A stretch of 64,000 nt of DNA from Candidatus Latescibacterota bacterium (GCA_965203175.1 OZ241867.1:1120001-1184000); one strand, 5' to 3'; positions 46,991-57,226 are shown, numbered from the stretch's first letter. Program-made: numbers and translations. Notes: generated from the letters alone by a model not told the origin.

Positions 46991-48952
46991 ATGAAGGGCG
47001 CGAATGCTTGGGAGTGGGGAGGCCTGTTGGCGGCCGGTATTGCCGTGCGGCTCGCGCACCTGGGGCAGTGGGAGCAGAGCGCTCTGGGGGAAGTGGTAGT
47101 AGGAGATGCAGCGCACTATGTGGGAGGGATGGGAGATGGAGGGTGGTACTCGCCACTTTATGCGACGCTGTGCGCGGTCGCGATGCAGGAGGAGATAGGC
47201 CTGTGGGTACTGCGCGTGATCCAGGTCGGGATAGGAGGGCTCGCCTGCGTGCTGGTGTGGTCAATCGGCAGACAGCTATTCTCGCCAGCGGTGGGCCGAG
47301 GGGCGGGTATTGCGGCCGTGCTGTACGGTCCGGCGATCTACTACGGGGGCGAGATTACGCCGGCGGTATTGGCCGCTTTCTTGGGCCTGTTGCTCCTGCG
47401 GGGATTGGTGGAGTCGGCTGGTATGGGACCATTGCGGGCTGGGGTTATGGGAGTGCTGGGCGGCGTGGCCTCAGTGGTCGATTTCCGGGCACTATTCGCC
47501 GTCGTCGTGGCTTTGGTATGGGTGGCGAAGGGAGACGGAGGGCGGAGAGTGGGGTGGTGGTTTTTCGCGGGAGCAGCTTTGGTACTGGTTCCGGGAGGGA
47601 TGGTATGGGGCTGGGAGGGATTAGTACCCTCGGTCCGTGGCTTAGGACTGGAGGAAATGGCAACGCGGGCGTATTTGTTTTGGCATGGTGCCGAGGTCTT
47701 GGGCGATATAGACCCCTATCGCGCTGCTGCGCCTTCGTGGATCTTGGCTCCCCTCATGTGGCGATCCTTGTTGGGGTTCCCCTTCGGACTGGTAGGACCT
47801 CTGGCTCTAATGGGATTTCTCGTCGCAGTCCGCGGGGAGGGAAGAGATCGGATTCGCGCACTGCCCCTGTTGTTCGCCGGCGCTTGGATGCTGGGATCGG
47901 TGTTGGAAGAGGCGTCCGGTCGCTCGCGACTGAGTGCGGCCTTGGTCTTGCTTCCCGGCGCATTGGCGGCGATTCCTCTGTTGCTGGAAAAAAGACAGAG
48001 AGTTCGGGCCGTCGCCTTGGCCCTGGTTCTACTGGTGGCGAATCTCCCTCTTGCAGCCGCAGCCGGGGCTCGGAGTTCACACGACACGTGGGAGGGTTAC
48101 GCCTACCGGGAGTTGGGCATGGAAGCCAATTCCATTGCCGCATACGAGCGGGCCATCGAGGCCGAAGATGCTGGAATTCGACCGTACGCAGAACTGGCGA
48201 AAATCTACTTCGATACCGGAGCGTACGAACACGCGGCGGAAATCTACCGCTCGCTGGTGCAGCGGCATGCGGTCGACAGGGACATCTGGGTCGCGCTGGC
48301 GGAGTCTTACTTAAGGGCAGGTCGGGCGGAGGAGGCTGCGGCGATTTACGCCGATCTGGTGGCGCAAGAGAGCGAGCCCTCTCTCGCGGGGAGACTAGGC
48401 GACGCCCGTGCGGCCCAAGGGGCTTTCGACGACGCCATTGCAGCCTACCAAACGGTCGTGGCGGCTTGGCCCGACAGCCATCGAGTGCGCTTCCAGTTGG
48501 CCCGCACTTGGGAGCAGCAGACCGCGCTGGACTCCGCCGCCGTCCACTACGGAATCATCGTCGGGCTAGCGGAGTGGGAGGGCCTTGTGGGGTGGCGTCT
48601 GGCGCAAGTGTTGGGCCGCATGGGAAAAGATAACTTGGGGCGCATCGAGAGGCTGTTGCGCGACGTGTTGGCAGATTACCCCGATTCGGCCCCGGCTCTA
48701 TTGTGTATGGCAGGTATGCTGCACAGAACTGGCAGCAACGAAGAAGCCCTTATGCACTTGCAGAAGGTAGCGGCAATGCATCTAGACGAGTACCGCGCCT
48801 ACGGATTGATGGAAAGCGTTTACCGAGCCATGGGACAACCTGAAGAAGCGGCTCAAGCCGCCGAACTATACCGGGAGAAGCGGTCGCGACAGCGGGCCGA
48901 CCGCCGGGTCTTGGGAGCTCTGGAAGCACTGCTCCAAGGGGCCACCCAGTAG
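46991..48952 (+). CDS. GT39/ArnT (PMT-like) membrane glycosyltransferase domain plus TPRs
   Basis: GDAAHY, SPLY, many TM segments, C-terminal TPRs. Confidence 0.7.
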   Translation: MKGANAWEWGGLLAAGIAVRLAHLGQWEQSALGEVVVGDAAHYVGGMGDGGWYSPLYATLCAVAMQEEIGLWVLRVIQVGIGGLACVLVWSIGRQLFSPAVGRGAGIAAVLYGPAIYYGGEITPAVLAAFLGLLLLRGLVESAGMGPLRAGVMGVLGGVASVVDFRALFAVVVALVWVAKGDGGRRVGWWFFAGAALVLVPGGMVWGWEGLVPSVRGLGLEEMATRAYLFWHGAEVLGDIDPYRAAAPSWILAPLMWRSLLGFPFGLVGPLALMGFLVAVRGEGRDRIRALPLLFAGAWMLGSVLEEASGRSRLSAALVLLPGALAAIPLLLEKRQRVRAVALALVLLVANLPLAAAAGARSSHDTWEGYAYRELGMEANSIAAYERAIEAEDAGIRPYAELAKIYFDTGAYEHAAEIYRSLVQRHAVDRDIWVALAESYLRAGRAEEAAAIYADLVAQESEPSLAGRLGDARAAQGAFDDAIAAYQTVVAAWPDSHRVRFQLARTWEQQTALDSAAVHYGIIVGLAEWEGLVGWRLAQVLGRMGKDNLGRIERLLRDVLADYPDSAPALLCMAGMLHRTGSNEEALMHLQKVAAMHLDEYRAYGLMESVYRAMGQPEEAAQAAELYREKRSRQRADRRVLGALEALLQGATQ

Positions 48953-49059
48953 ACGGGGGGTGAGAGAATATGACCCTGTTCAAATATGCCGCGCGAATTT
49001 CCACAAGTGCTCAATTGGGGAGTTGCCCGTCGCCAGCATTGGAGACGCAAGGCACGGGA

Positions 49060-51147
49060 ATGAGACGGCAGGCACAGTGGGTCTTTTCGGCGCTTGTAGC
49101 AGTGGGGCTGGTGCTGGGCGGGCAGGAGGCGCTCCATGCAGCCGAGAGGCTAACGCTCGGCAAAGGAGGAGAAATCGACTGGCTAGAGGGAGCGTTGAGC
49201 GGAGCGGACGTGGAGACGATCCTCCCCGAGCACCGCACGCTTCTCGACCCCAATGTCACCGAGGTAGGGATCGCCCCGTCGAACCTGATCGAATTTGCGA
49301 ACGAGGATCACCCCGAGGCCATTCTGCCTCGGCAGGTCAGAGAAGGCACCAACGTCGCCAGCCAAGTCTTCGATTTCGGAGGTTCGATTACTGCGCCCTC
49401 GGTAGCGGACATCGAGGGAGAGGAAAAGAGGAAGATCCTTGAGAGTCTCATCACTGAGGACCCAACCGGGCTGGCTTTGGCGCGCAAGGACAACAACGCC
49501 CTCGGAACCATCGTCAACATAGATCTCGGGACCCGCATAGGGGTCCGCAGCATACGCTTCTTTCCTCGCAACACGGTGTTTCCCAACCCTACCGCGCCGT
49601 TCCAGGCGGATTTTCTCCGGAAATTCAGGATCCGGGTAAACGATGGCCTCAATCTGACCGACGCCGGTAATCCAATCTGGGAAGAATTTCTGGTCGAGAA
49701 CGATAACGTGGACCCAGTGACCACAATTCCACTGGAGCCGCCCCGTCTGCTGCGGTTCGTGCGGCTAGAAGCGATTTCGGGCATCTCCTTCGAGTTAGAG
49801 AAAGTACAGATCTTCGGAGAGGGATTCCTCCCCGCCGCCAGATATGTCTCGCCCATCATCGACATGAAGGCCGGCACCAATTGGGGGCGACTCCGCTGGG
49901 ATCAGGTCGCAATCGGCGATGAAGAGGCTGCGAGAGTGGAGATACGCACCCGAACCGGCAGCGATATCACGCCCTTTGTATATACCCGCAAACAGGTCGG
50001 CAGAAGGGACGCCGAGGAAATCGCGACCTCCCTCGCCAATTCTCTCGAACCGCTGACGCGGAAGGAGTACGTGAAGCTGCCGATTCGGGGCGTTGTGGGA
50101 AAGGACGAATTCGAACGCGGATCTGTGCGCGACGATGTCGAAAACTGGAGCCCGTGGTCGGCGCCGTACGACCCTGTGGCGGGCACGGGTGAGGACGGAA
50201 CGGAGATCACTTCGCCAGGTCCGCGACAGTACGTCCAAATCCGCGCGGACTTCATCAGCGAGGACCTGAACTCCGCGGTAGCACTGGAGAACCTGTCCTT
50301 CACCTTCACCTCGCCCCCACTGGCTAGGGAAGTGGTAGGCGAAGTATTCCCCCGCGAGGTGGCGGGAGCAACGGACGTGCCTTTTGTCTTTGCCGTGCGC
50401 ACGGAAATGGAGGCCGGGCTGCAGGGATTCGACGCCATCGAGGTGCGGTCGGACCAGCCGATCAGGAGCGTGCAGGGAATCGAGATCCTTGACGGCGACC
50501 AGAACCGCATTCTCGAGCGGAATTTCGCAGTCCAAGGTGCGCCGACAGAAGAGGAGGACGCAGCCATACAAGAGTTGGATGAGAGGCGATTCGTGGTGCG
50601 CTTTCCCCAAGTGCGCGAGAGCGGTACCGTCGTCATGGTGCGATTCGTGGGCAGGATGCTCTCTTTCAGCAACACGTTCAAGGGACGGGTGTTGCTAATT
50701 GAAGAGGAAGCGTTTCAGGATGTGCTTTCGGGCAACGCGGCCTATCTGGGCGCTGACGACGCGCCAGGGCGTTCCGGTGTCACTGTGCTGAGTCCACAAC
50801 TGACCACGGGGCGGCTGGTGCGAAATCTCAAGGTCGATCCCGTGGTCAGCCCAAACGGGGATGGAATCCGCGATCGGGCGTCAATCAGTTTTGAAGTAGT
50901 GACTATCGTGGGCCAAGCCGGGATCAATGCGGCCGTATTCGACCTGTCGGGCCAGCGCATAAGACAGCTTATAGCTCGTCCGGGAATGAACGGCCTGTAC
51001 GATTCGCAGCGCTTCGGCGACTTGGCCTGGGATGGCCGGGACGAGTTGGGGCAGCTAGTAGCACCCGGCATGTACGTGGTCCGCGTCGAAGTCCAGGCCG
51101 ATGCGCGCCGCACCGGCGCTGCGCGAGTGATTGGAGTCGTATATTGA
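49060..51147 (+). CDS. Exported protein with C-terminal FlgD-Ig/T9SS type-B-like domain
   Basis: IDLG…IRFFPR, RTRTG, WSPWSAPY, SPNGDGIRD, WDGRD..G.LVAPGMY, ends VVY. Confidence 0.8.
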   Translation: MRRQAQWVFSALVAVGLVLGGQEALHAAERLTLGKGGEIDWLEGALSGADVETILPEHRTLLDPNVTEVGIAPSNLIEFANEDHPEAILPRQVREGTNVASQVFDFGGSITAPSVADIEGEEKRKILESLITEDPTGLALARKDNNALGTIVNIDLGTRIGVRSIRFFPRNTVFPNPTAPFQADFLRKFRIRVNDGLNLTDAGNPIWEEFLVENDNVDPVTTIPLEPPRLLRFVRLEAISGISFELEKVQIFGEGFLPAARYVSPIIDMKAGTNWGRLRWDQVAIGDEEAARVEIRTRTGSDITPFVYTRKQVGRRDAEEIATSLANSLEPLTRKEYVKLPIRGVVGKDEFERGSVRDDVENWSPWSAPYDPVAGTGEDGTEITSPGPRQYVQIRADFISEDLNSAVALENLSFTFTSPPLAREVVGEVFPREVAGATDVPFVFAVRTEMEAGLQGFDAIEVRSDQPIRSVQGIEILDGDQNRILERNFAVQGAPTEEEDAAIQELDERRFVVRFPQVRESGTVVMVRFVGRMLSFSNTFKGRVLLIEEEAFQDVLSGNAAYLGADDAPGRSGVTVLSPQLTTGRLVRNLKVDPVVSPNGDGIRDRASISFEVVTIVGQAGINAAVFDLSGQRIRQLIARPGMNGLYDSQRFGDLAWDGRDELGQLVAPGMYVVRVEVQADARRTGAARVIGVVY

Positions 51148-51182
51148 CCAGCGCGCCGCAAAGCCGGCGCAAGGAGTTGGGC

Positions 51183-53291
51183 ATGTTTCTCTGGAGACCT
51201 ATCTGTCTGTTGAGCTGCGCACTGCTGCTGGCGGGCAGCGATGGAGGATGGGCGCGGTCTGAATTTCAGGTGGGCGTCGGTGCGGAGAATTCCTTCATCG
51301 ACGTAGCCAGCGAAGGGGGAGGTGAATACTTGGTATTCGACCGGGATGGGCAGATCATCGATCGGCAGAGCATTGTGCCAGTGTCCTACGACCGAGTCGC
51401 GGATGAGGAAATCAGGGACTGGGGCACCATTGGAGAAGGGGCGCGGGCGAATGGGATGATGGATCTGAGTGAACCCTCACTCCGGCCTGTGTGGATCGAC
51501 CCGAGCGCGAATCTAGTGGAGACGGTCGAGGAACGGGGCGGCTTTGTGGCTAGCTCTGGAGGCGGTGTAGGAGGGAGAATCGAACAGGGCGTCCTACAGA
51601 ACATCGGAGACGGGGATTCCACCACGGCGATGGTCAGGGCAGTGGATCTATCGCCGACGGAAACAGGCGTCAACCACGGATGGATCAAGAACGCCATCGT
51701 CAACCTCGGGTGGGAGTTGCCCATAAACCGGATTCGGTTCTTTCCCCGCCCCTCCTTTGAGGACAACTTCCTCCCTTGGTTCGAGTTGGGCGTGGCCCCA
51801 GGCAGCGCGCCGATCGTCGACCGACCTTCCATCGCCCGGCGGGGTCAGCGGTGGTTCTATCAAATCAGTCGGGGCTTGACGGCCAAGAACGACCCGATCA
51901 TCGACATCATCGAAAGCACGACGGAAAACCTCGATGTCGTGGTGGATCGACGGTTTCCCACTCGGCCGGTGAAGTGGGTCACCCTCCGCCCCATCAATCC
52001 CGAGCGCACGTGGGAAGTCGCCGAACTCCACGTTTTTGGCGAAGGCTACGTGCAGCAGACTGTTTACCGCACGGACATCCTGGATTTTGGGCGGCCCGTC
52101 GCTTGGAGCAAGATTCGTTGGGAGGGAGTAGAGCCAGAAGGGACGAGAGTGGAGGTGCGAACCCGCACGGGCAACACAGAGCAGCCGTTCCGCTACAGCA
52201 GGAAGCAGCGCACTGGGCAGTTCGCGTCGGTGGACCGGCGGGAATACAACGACGTCTTCAACGCGGTGAATGTGGCCGATCCCTTCTCTAGCGGCAGCAC
52301 GCGGGGATTTGAACTGGTCAAGAAGGAGGTAGATATCGAAAACTGGAGCTTTTGGTCTCCGGCCTACGACTTCACCGCTGGCCTGCGGGATGCGAGCGAG
52401 CCGCCCTCAGCGTGGACGGATGGCGCAACTTTCTTATCGAAGAGCCCTGCTCGTTACCTCCAGTTCGAGGTATTGTTCTTTCCGACTAGCCAAACGGCTC
52501 CGCGGGTCGAGCGAATCGAGTTGCTCTTTGGCGAGGCCGTGGCCGACGCAGTGATCGGAGAAATCTCACCGACGGAGACCGCGAATTTCCAACCCCACAC
52601 CTTCACCTATGTCGTCCGGCCCATCGTGCGAGAGGAAAACAGTGGTTTCGACCGATTGGAAATCGCCACCGCCACTCGCGTGGAGCGACTGCGTTCGGTG
52701 AAAGTGGATGATGCGGAGGTGGGAGCAGAGTTCCCCCGGGACATCCAGGATGACCGCATCGTCGTTGGATTCGAAAAGCTCGTGGGCAGCGAGGATACTG
52801 AAAAGCGCATTGAGGTGGTCTTCGACGTGCCGGTTTTGCGCTTTGGCCAAAAGTTCACTGGCTTCGTTTTCTCCAGCGACGATCCCGACATCCGCCAACA
52901 AGTGGAAGAGGGCAATGCCACCTTGCGCTTCAGTACCAATTCCCTGTCCGTGAAAACCCCTAGGGGAGGCGAACTCATCGGCGAACTGAAGGCCATCCCA
53001 GCAGCTTTCAGTCCCAACGGCGACGGCGTGAACGACCAAGTCCTAATCCAATATCAAGTCCGCGCTCTGGGAAACAGCGTGCCCCACATACTGACCCTGT
53101 ACGATCTGGCGGGCAGGGTGGTCCGTCGGCTAGAGACAGAGCCCGGAGCAGCAGGGGTGTACGAGCGCGAGTGGAACGGGCGAAACGAGGCGGGAGAGCG
53201 CGTGCCTCCGGGAACGTATGTTTATACGGTAACGGTGGAAGCGGACCTGGGGAGGCAATGGAGCGCGGGTACCGTATCCGTGGTGTATTGA
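51183..53291 (+). CDS. Exported protein with C-terminal FlgD-Ig/T9SS type-B-like domain
   Basis: NLG…IRFFPR, RTRTG, WSFWSPAY, FSPNGDGVND, WNGRN..G..VPPGTY, ends VVY. Confidence 0.8.
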   Translation: MFLWRPICLLSCALLLAGSDGGWARSEFQVGVGAENSFIDVASEGGGEYLVFDRDGQIIDRQSIVPVSYDRVADEEIRDWGTIGEGARANGMMDLSEPSLRPVWIDPSANLVETVEERGGFVASSGGGVGGRIEQGVLQNIGDGDSTTAMVRAVDLSPTETGVNHGWIKNAIVNLGWELPINRIRFFPRPSFEDNFLPWFELGVAPGSAPIVDRPSIARRGQRWFYQISRGLTAKNDPIIDIIESTTENLDVVVDRRFPTRPVKWVTLRPINPERTWEVAELHVFGEGYVQQTVYRTDILDFGRPVAWSKIRWEGVEPEGTRVEVRTRTGNTEQPFRYSRKQRTGQFASVDRREYNDVFNAVNVADPFSSGSTRGFELVKKEVDIENWSFWSPAYDFTAGLRDASEPPSAWTDGATFLSKSPARYLQFEVLFFPTSQTAPRVERIELLFGEAVADAVIGEISPTETANFQPHTFTYVVRPIVREENSGFDRLEIATATRVERLRSVKVDDAEVGAEFPRDIQDDRIVVGFEKLVGSEDTEKRIEVVFDVPVLRFGQKFTGFVFSSDDPDIRQQVEEGNATLRFSTNSLSVKTPRGGELIGELKAIPAAFSPNGDGVNDQVLIQYQVRALGNSVPHILTLYDLAGRVVRRLETEPGAAGVYEREWNGRNEAGERVPPGTYVYTVTVEADLGRQWSAGTVSVVY

Positions 53292-53346
53292 GTCCAGCGC
53301 TTCGCAAATGACAGTTGAGGATCCAGTGTCGAGTTGCACAAACACA

Positions 53347-56034
53347 GTGAGAAGCTATCTGAAATTCGCCATCGTGGCCGCGGTGCTGGGCATGGCCGGG
53401 GAGACGAGTGCCCAGTCGGGCAGTCGGCCCAACTATGGGAACCGGCTGGGAACGCAATGGAGGCACGAGACGAGTTTTTTGCCCCAAGGAGTGCAAGTAG
53501 GACTCAACTCGATTGATCCAGCAGTGAGGAAATGGTACGTGCCTCAGGAGTTGTTCGCCGAATACCGCTGGCGGCAGTGGCAGACGACCAACTACGCCCG
53601 CACTGATTTTGACCGCTATGTATCCCCCGAAATCGAGGGGAGCTACCTCTACGACATGTTCGGAAATGCAGTATCCAAGGGATGGCTCATCTACAACACG
53701 AGCCAGAACACGCCCGAGGAGTTCGGCAACAGGCTCTTCAAGGGAAATCGTTTCGAAAGGTGGTTCAGCCAAGTCGTGGTCGCGGCCGACGCAAAAGGAG
53801 GCACATACTACGCACTGACGACGTCCAACAATCTGCGGACCACCCTTACGCCGCTGGTTTTGAGCAAGGTCCAAATGGACGGAATCCAGTTTGACTTGGC
53901 GACGGATAAGTACCAGCAGACGCTGATTTTTTCTAGAATTAGCGGCCCCCGGTTGACCTTTAACCGGGACGACCGGCGCACCAATACCACGACCTTTTTC
54001 GGCGGACGATTTACTGCCGCTGTTGGCGATTTCGTGGCCTTGGGCGTGCACGGCGTCAACTCCCATCAGTCGAACTCGAAGATCGACGAGGCGCCGGTGG
54101 CGAGCTTGTTCAAGGGAAGGCTGACGGAAGATCAGAATGCCGTGCCCATCTCCGCGATTGAGATCGTACTCCGCGATGAATCTCCCGAGGACGGCACGGG
54201 CGGAGCCGCGTTCTTCCCCGGCTCCTCGGACATCATCATCACCTATGAAAGTGGCCTCGTCAACAGAGGCAAGGATATTGGCTTCGAACCCGTATTGGAG
54301 GGGGGCATCCCGGCAGGGGGAAGGTTGGAGGCCAACGGCAGTGAAGAGATCCGACTCCTCTACTCCTTCGACGATCAGACCTTTGTCCACCGCGCAAGCG
54401 GCGCCAAGGACGAGATCACCAAGGTCGAATTCGAACTCACAGTGGCCAATGATTACGACATCTCGATGAGTTCCGACCGCCAGTTGAATTCCGCGGGGGC
54501 GAGAGTGCTGCTTCCGGTTACCCAAGCCGAGGGGAATATCCAAGATTTGGGCAATCTCCGGACCCTGCGGTTTGAGTACGGCTTGCCAACGGCCACTCAG
54601 ATTCTCGGCGGCAGTCTCAGTGTCTCCGATGTGCTGGGCTTCCGGCTGTACGGAGAGTTCGACCGGAACTGGAATATCCGACAGTATCCAAATGTCTCCC
54701 GGGAGATCCACAGGACCAGCTCCGGGCTGACGGGCGAGCCGCACAACGACGCCTGGCTGATCAATGTGTCCAACCAACGCGGACGCTGGTTCGGTTTTGC
54801 CGAAGCCTATAGCATCGACCCCCAGTACAACACGACGACATTTATCTCAAGAGAAGACGGTTCCATAGACTACGAGGCACCACAGAACAAGGTCGATTTC
54901 GTGGAGGACAACGACGACCAAGATCGCGTACCCGATGCCTTTCGCGGGGATTGGCTATTCCCGGATCTTCTAATCTTTCCGGGATGGGACCAGAATGGGG
55001 ACTTCCAACCGGACTTCAACCAGAACGATAACGAGGTCCGGCGCAATGCAATTCCCGACTGGAGGGAGCCATTTATTCGGTTGTGGGTGGACCGCCCGGA
55101 AATGCTGTGGGGGCGGGACATGAACAACAACTTCTGGCCCGATCTCTACGAAAACGACAAGGACCCCGACTATCCCTACGACAAGGATCACGGCGGGTGG
55201 AATGCCTACACTGGATTCCGCCTGCGACCGGGACTGAGAATCCTGGGCGGAATCCTGCGGGAGCAGTTGATCTCTTCGGATCAGAAGAATCACATGGTCT
55301 ATGGCATGTTCGACTACGACGAAACCTGGCCGCGCTACGGCCGCGTGAGAATGTACGAGATGGTCAAATCCGTGCAGGACGACATTGAGGATCCACTGCT
55401 CCAGTATGCACCCGAGACGCTGATTGACCTAGCCGAACCCCAAGAAAGCAAGCGGGAGATGGAAGATCCCCTCTTGGGGCGCGACAGTTTCGTCAATCAA
55501 TTTTTTCTCGGTCATCAGCTCAAGACAGGAAGAATACTGGTCGAATCAAAACTGAACCACGTGCTCTTCCATCAGCGCCTGGACCGCGAGGAGCGTCGCC
55601 GAATGGGATTGGACGAAAACGAGTTCTTCTTCGGCTTGATAAACAAGGCGATGTACCAGCGAGAATTGGGACGCGTGGGATTGCAGCCCTTCTGGAAGAG
55701 CGAATACAGAAAGCAGTCCCGTGGCCTGTTCGACGCGGAGGACAAAGAGACGCTCACCGAGCTATTTGGCGCGTTCGCCGTGCTGGATGTTCTGCACACC
55801 ACGCAGCTACAGGTGGGTAGCGAGTTCTTGTTCCAGAAAGACTTTGGCGACGAAGGGGACTTCCATTCCCAATCGATCGCCTTCCAGGCCACGAACTGGT
55901 CTTCGTACCTCGGTTATGTGATCACGATGCAATCGGGGATTCTGTTGGAGCGCAGGAATCCAGAGGGCGAGGAGAGCTTCACCAATACGCGTGCGTTCAT
56001 TTCCGTCTTTGCTGGACTGGAGAATCTGCGGTAG
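53347..56034 (+). CDS. ~895-aa exported hypothetical protein, putative outer-membrane protein; paralogue of 44271-46937
   Basis: Shared blocks DPA.R.WYV.QELF.EY.W.QW..TNYAR, LRD.SPEDG.GGAAFF, PGWDQN.DF.PDFNQNDN, SVFAGL. Confidence 0.75.
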   Translation: MRSYLKFAIVAAVLGMAGETSAQSGSRPNYGNRLGTQWRHETSFLPQGVQVGLNSIDPAVRKWYVPQELFAEYRWRQWQTTNYARTDFDRYVSPEIEGSYLYDMFGNAVSKGWLIYNTSQNTPEEFGNRLFKGNRFERWFSQVVVAADAKGGTYYALTTSNNLRTTLTPLVLSKVQMDGIQFDLATDKYQQTLIFSRISGPRLTFNRDDRRTNTTTFFGGRFTAAVGDFVALGVHGVNSHQSNSKIDEAPVASLFKGRLTEDQNAVPISAIEIVLRDESPEDGTGGAAFFPGSSDIIITYESGLVNRGKDIGFEPVLEGGIPAGGRLEANGSEEIRLLYSFDDQTFVHRASGAKDEITKVEFELTVANDYDISMSSDRQLNSAGARVLLPVTQAEGNIQDLGNLRTLRFEYGLPTATQILGGSLSVSDVLGFRLYGEFDRNWNIRQYPNVSREIHRTSSGLTGEPHNDAWLINVSNQRGRWFGFAEAYSIDPQYNTTTFISREDGSIDYEAPQNKVDFVEDNDDQDRVPDAFRGDWLFPDLLIFPGWDQNGDFQPDFNQNDNEVRRNAIPDWREPFIRLWVDRPEMLWGRDMNNNFWPDLYENDKDPDYPYDKDHGGWNAYTGFRLRPGLRILGGILREQLISSDQKNHMVYGMFDYDETWPRYGRVRMYEMVKSVQDDIEDPLLQYAPETLIDLAEPQESKREMEDPLLGRDSFVNQFFLGHQLKTGRILVESKLNHVLFHQRLDREERRRMGLDENEFFFGLINKAMYQRELGRVGLQPFWKSEYRKQSRGLFDAEDKETLTELFGAFAVLDVLHTTQLQVGSEFLFQKDFGDEGDFHSQSIAFQATNWSSYLGYVITMQSGILLERRNPEGEESFTNTRAFISVFAGLENLR

Positions 56035-56184
56035 TGAAATAGAAAAGATTCGTTAAAAAAGGCTTGATAGCGAGGCAGGATTTCCTTATGGTAGGCCCGC
56101 AAGTAAGGGGTGCATTGTCGCGTAGTACGGCTGTGCACCCGTAGGGTCTATCGCAACTATCTCACTCCCAAAAGGAGGTTAATA

Positions 56185-57120
56185 ATGATGTTAGGCAAGC
56201 GGATCATCTTGGGTGCAACGATCCTAAGTGTCGGTCTGTCGGCCCAAACCTGGGCCCACGATCCACCGGATCTACTCATCCCGGCGGCGCAGTTCCCACC
56301 GGGGGCGGAACCCGTCATCGATGGCAACCCCGTTGAATGGGGACCCATTCCGGTAGAGACCTACGGTTCCGTGGGCGAACTGCTGTATCCGGTCGGTGCG
56401 GCGACGAGAGAAGGACGAGTGCTGGAAAACGCCTCCCAAGGGGACATCAACCCCGCGGACTTCCAGATTAAACACAAGTTAGGGTGGAGCCCAACGACGA
56501 ACGGCTTTTACATCCTGACCGAGGTGTTCGACGACCTGCACTTCATCGGGCGTCCCGACCCCGCCCGCTTCTGGCTCGACGACAGCGTCGAGTACGGATT
56601 GAATTTCAAGCACCAATCGTCGGAGGATCTGACCTTCAACGACGGGGACATAGTGACCTTGCAGAAGTATAAGTTCGCCTACCCTCCTTTGGAAGGGGAG
56701 TGGCAGTTCTATGAGCCCCAAGGGAACTTGCCTTGGCTGACCAGTGGGACCAAGTGGTTTGACATTGGGATCACTTTTGAAGGTGAGGAGTTCGGCGAGA
56801 GCACTTACTTCTACGAACTCAGGATCCGGCCAATCGCCGAAATGCCCAACAGCGAGAGCGCCACTGAGGATCAAGCGGTCGAGGGCATCCTGCAGGAGGG
56901 GATGATCATCCATTGGGGCAATATGATCAGCGACACCGACGAAGGAGGCACAGAGGACCAGAAGCGGGAGACGCAGTGGTCCACATCTCCCTCCGGCGCT
57001 GCGGCCAATGGGACGACCGACGTGCTGCTGTCGCCAGTTGATCCAGGCATCGAGTTCGTCGAGCAACAGACGGCCGTGGAAGCCACGAGCTGGGCGCGGG
57101 TCAAGGCGCAGTACCGATAG
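56185..57120 (+). CDS. Exported acidic protein, CBM9/DOMON-like, with C-terminal TAVEATSWARVKA tail
   Basis: RBS AAGGAGG; signal peptide; P.IDG…EW, V.DD, DSVE, YE..I motifs. Confidence 0.65.
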   Translation: MMLGKRIILGATILSVGLSAQTWAHDPPDLLIPAAQFPPGAEPVIDGNPVEWGPIPVETYGSVGELLYPVGAATREGRVLENASQGDINPADFQIKHKLGWSPTTNGFYILTEVFDDLHFIGRPDPARFWLDDSVEYGLNFKHQSSEDLTFNDGDIVTLQKYKFAYPPLEGEWQFYEPQGNLPWLTSGTKWFDIGITFEGEEFGESTYFYELRIRPIAEMPNSESATEDQAVEGILQEGMIIHWGNMISDTDEGGTEDQKRETQWSTSPSGAAANGTTDVLLSPVDPGIEFVEQQTAVEATSWARVKAQYR

Positions 57121-57155
57121 ATCTGAAGGATCGCAGCAGCGGTCGTTCTGAAGAT

Positions 57156-57214
57156 AGGGTGCCGGCAGGTCTTGGATGCGATAGCGTCCGAGGCGGTCGG
57201 CACCCTTTATTTTT
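57156..57214 (+). terminator. Long hairpin plus T-tract
   Basis: AGGGTGCCG/CGGCACCCT enclosing GTCTTGGATGC-GATA-GCGTCCGAGGC, then TTATTTTT. Confidence 0.7.
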
Positions 57215-57226
57215 GGAGTGTAGGCG

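Noticed and set aside
46945-48633. 562-aa alternative-frame ORF
   Set aside because: Gly/Arg-rich shadow of the GT39-TPR gene in G-rich DNA
53008-54777. 589-aa antisense ORF (also 56479-57471, 49795-50610, 2157-2918)
   Set aside because: Antisense shadows of well-supported genes, common at high GC
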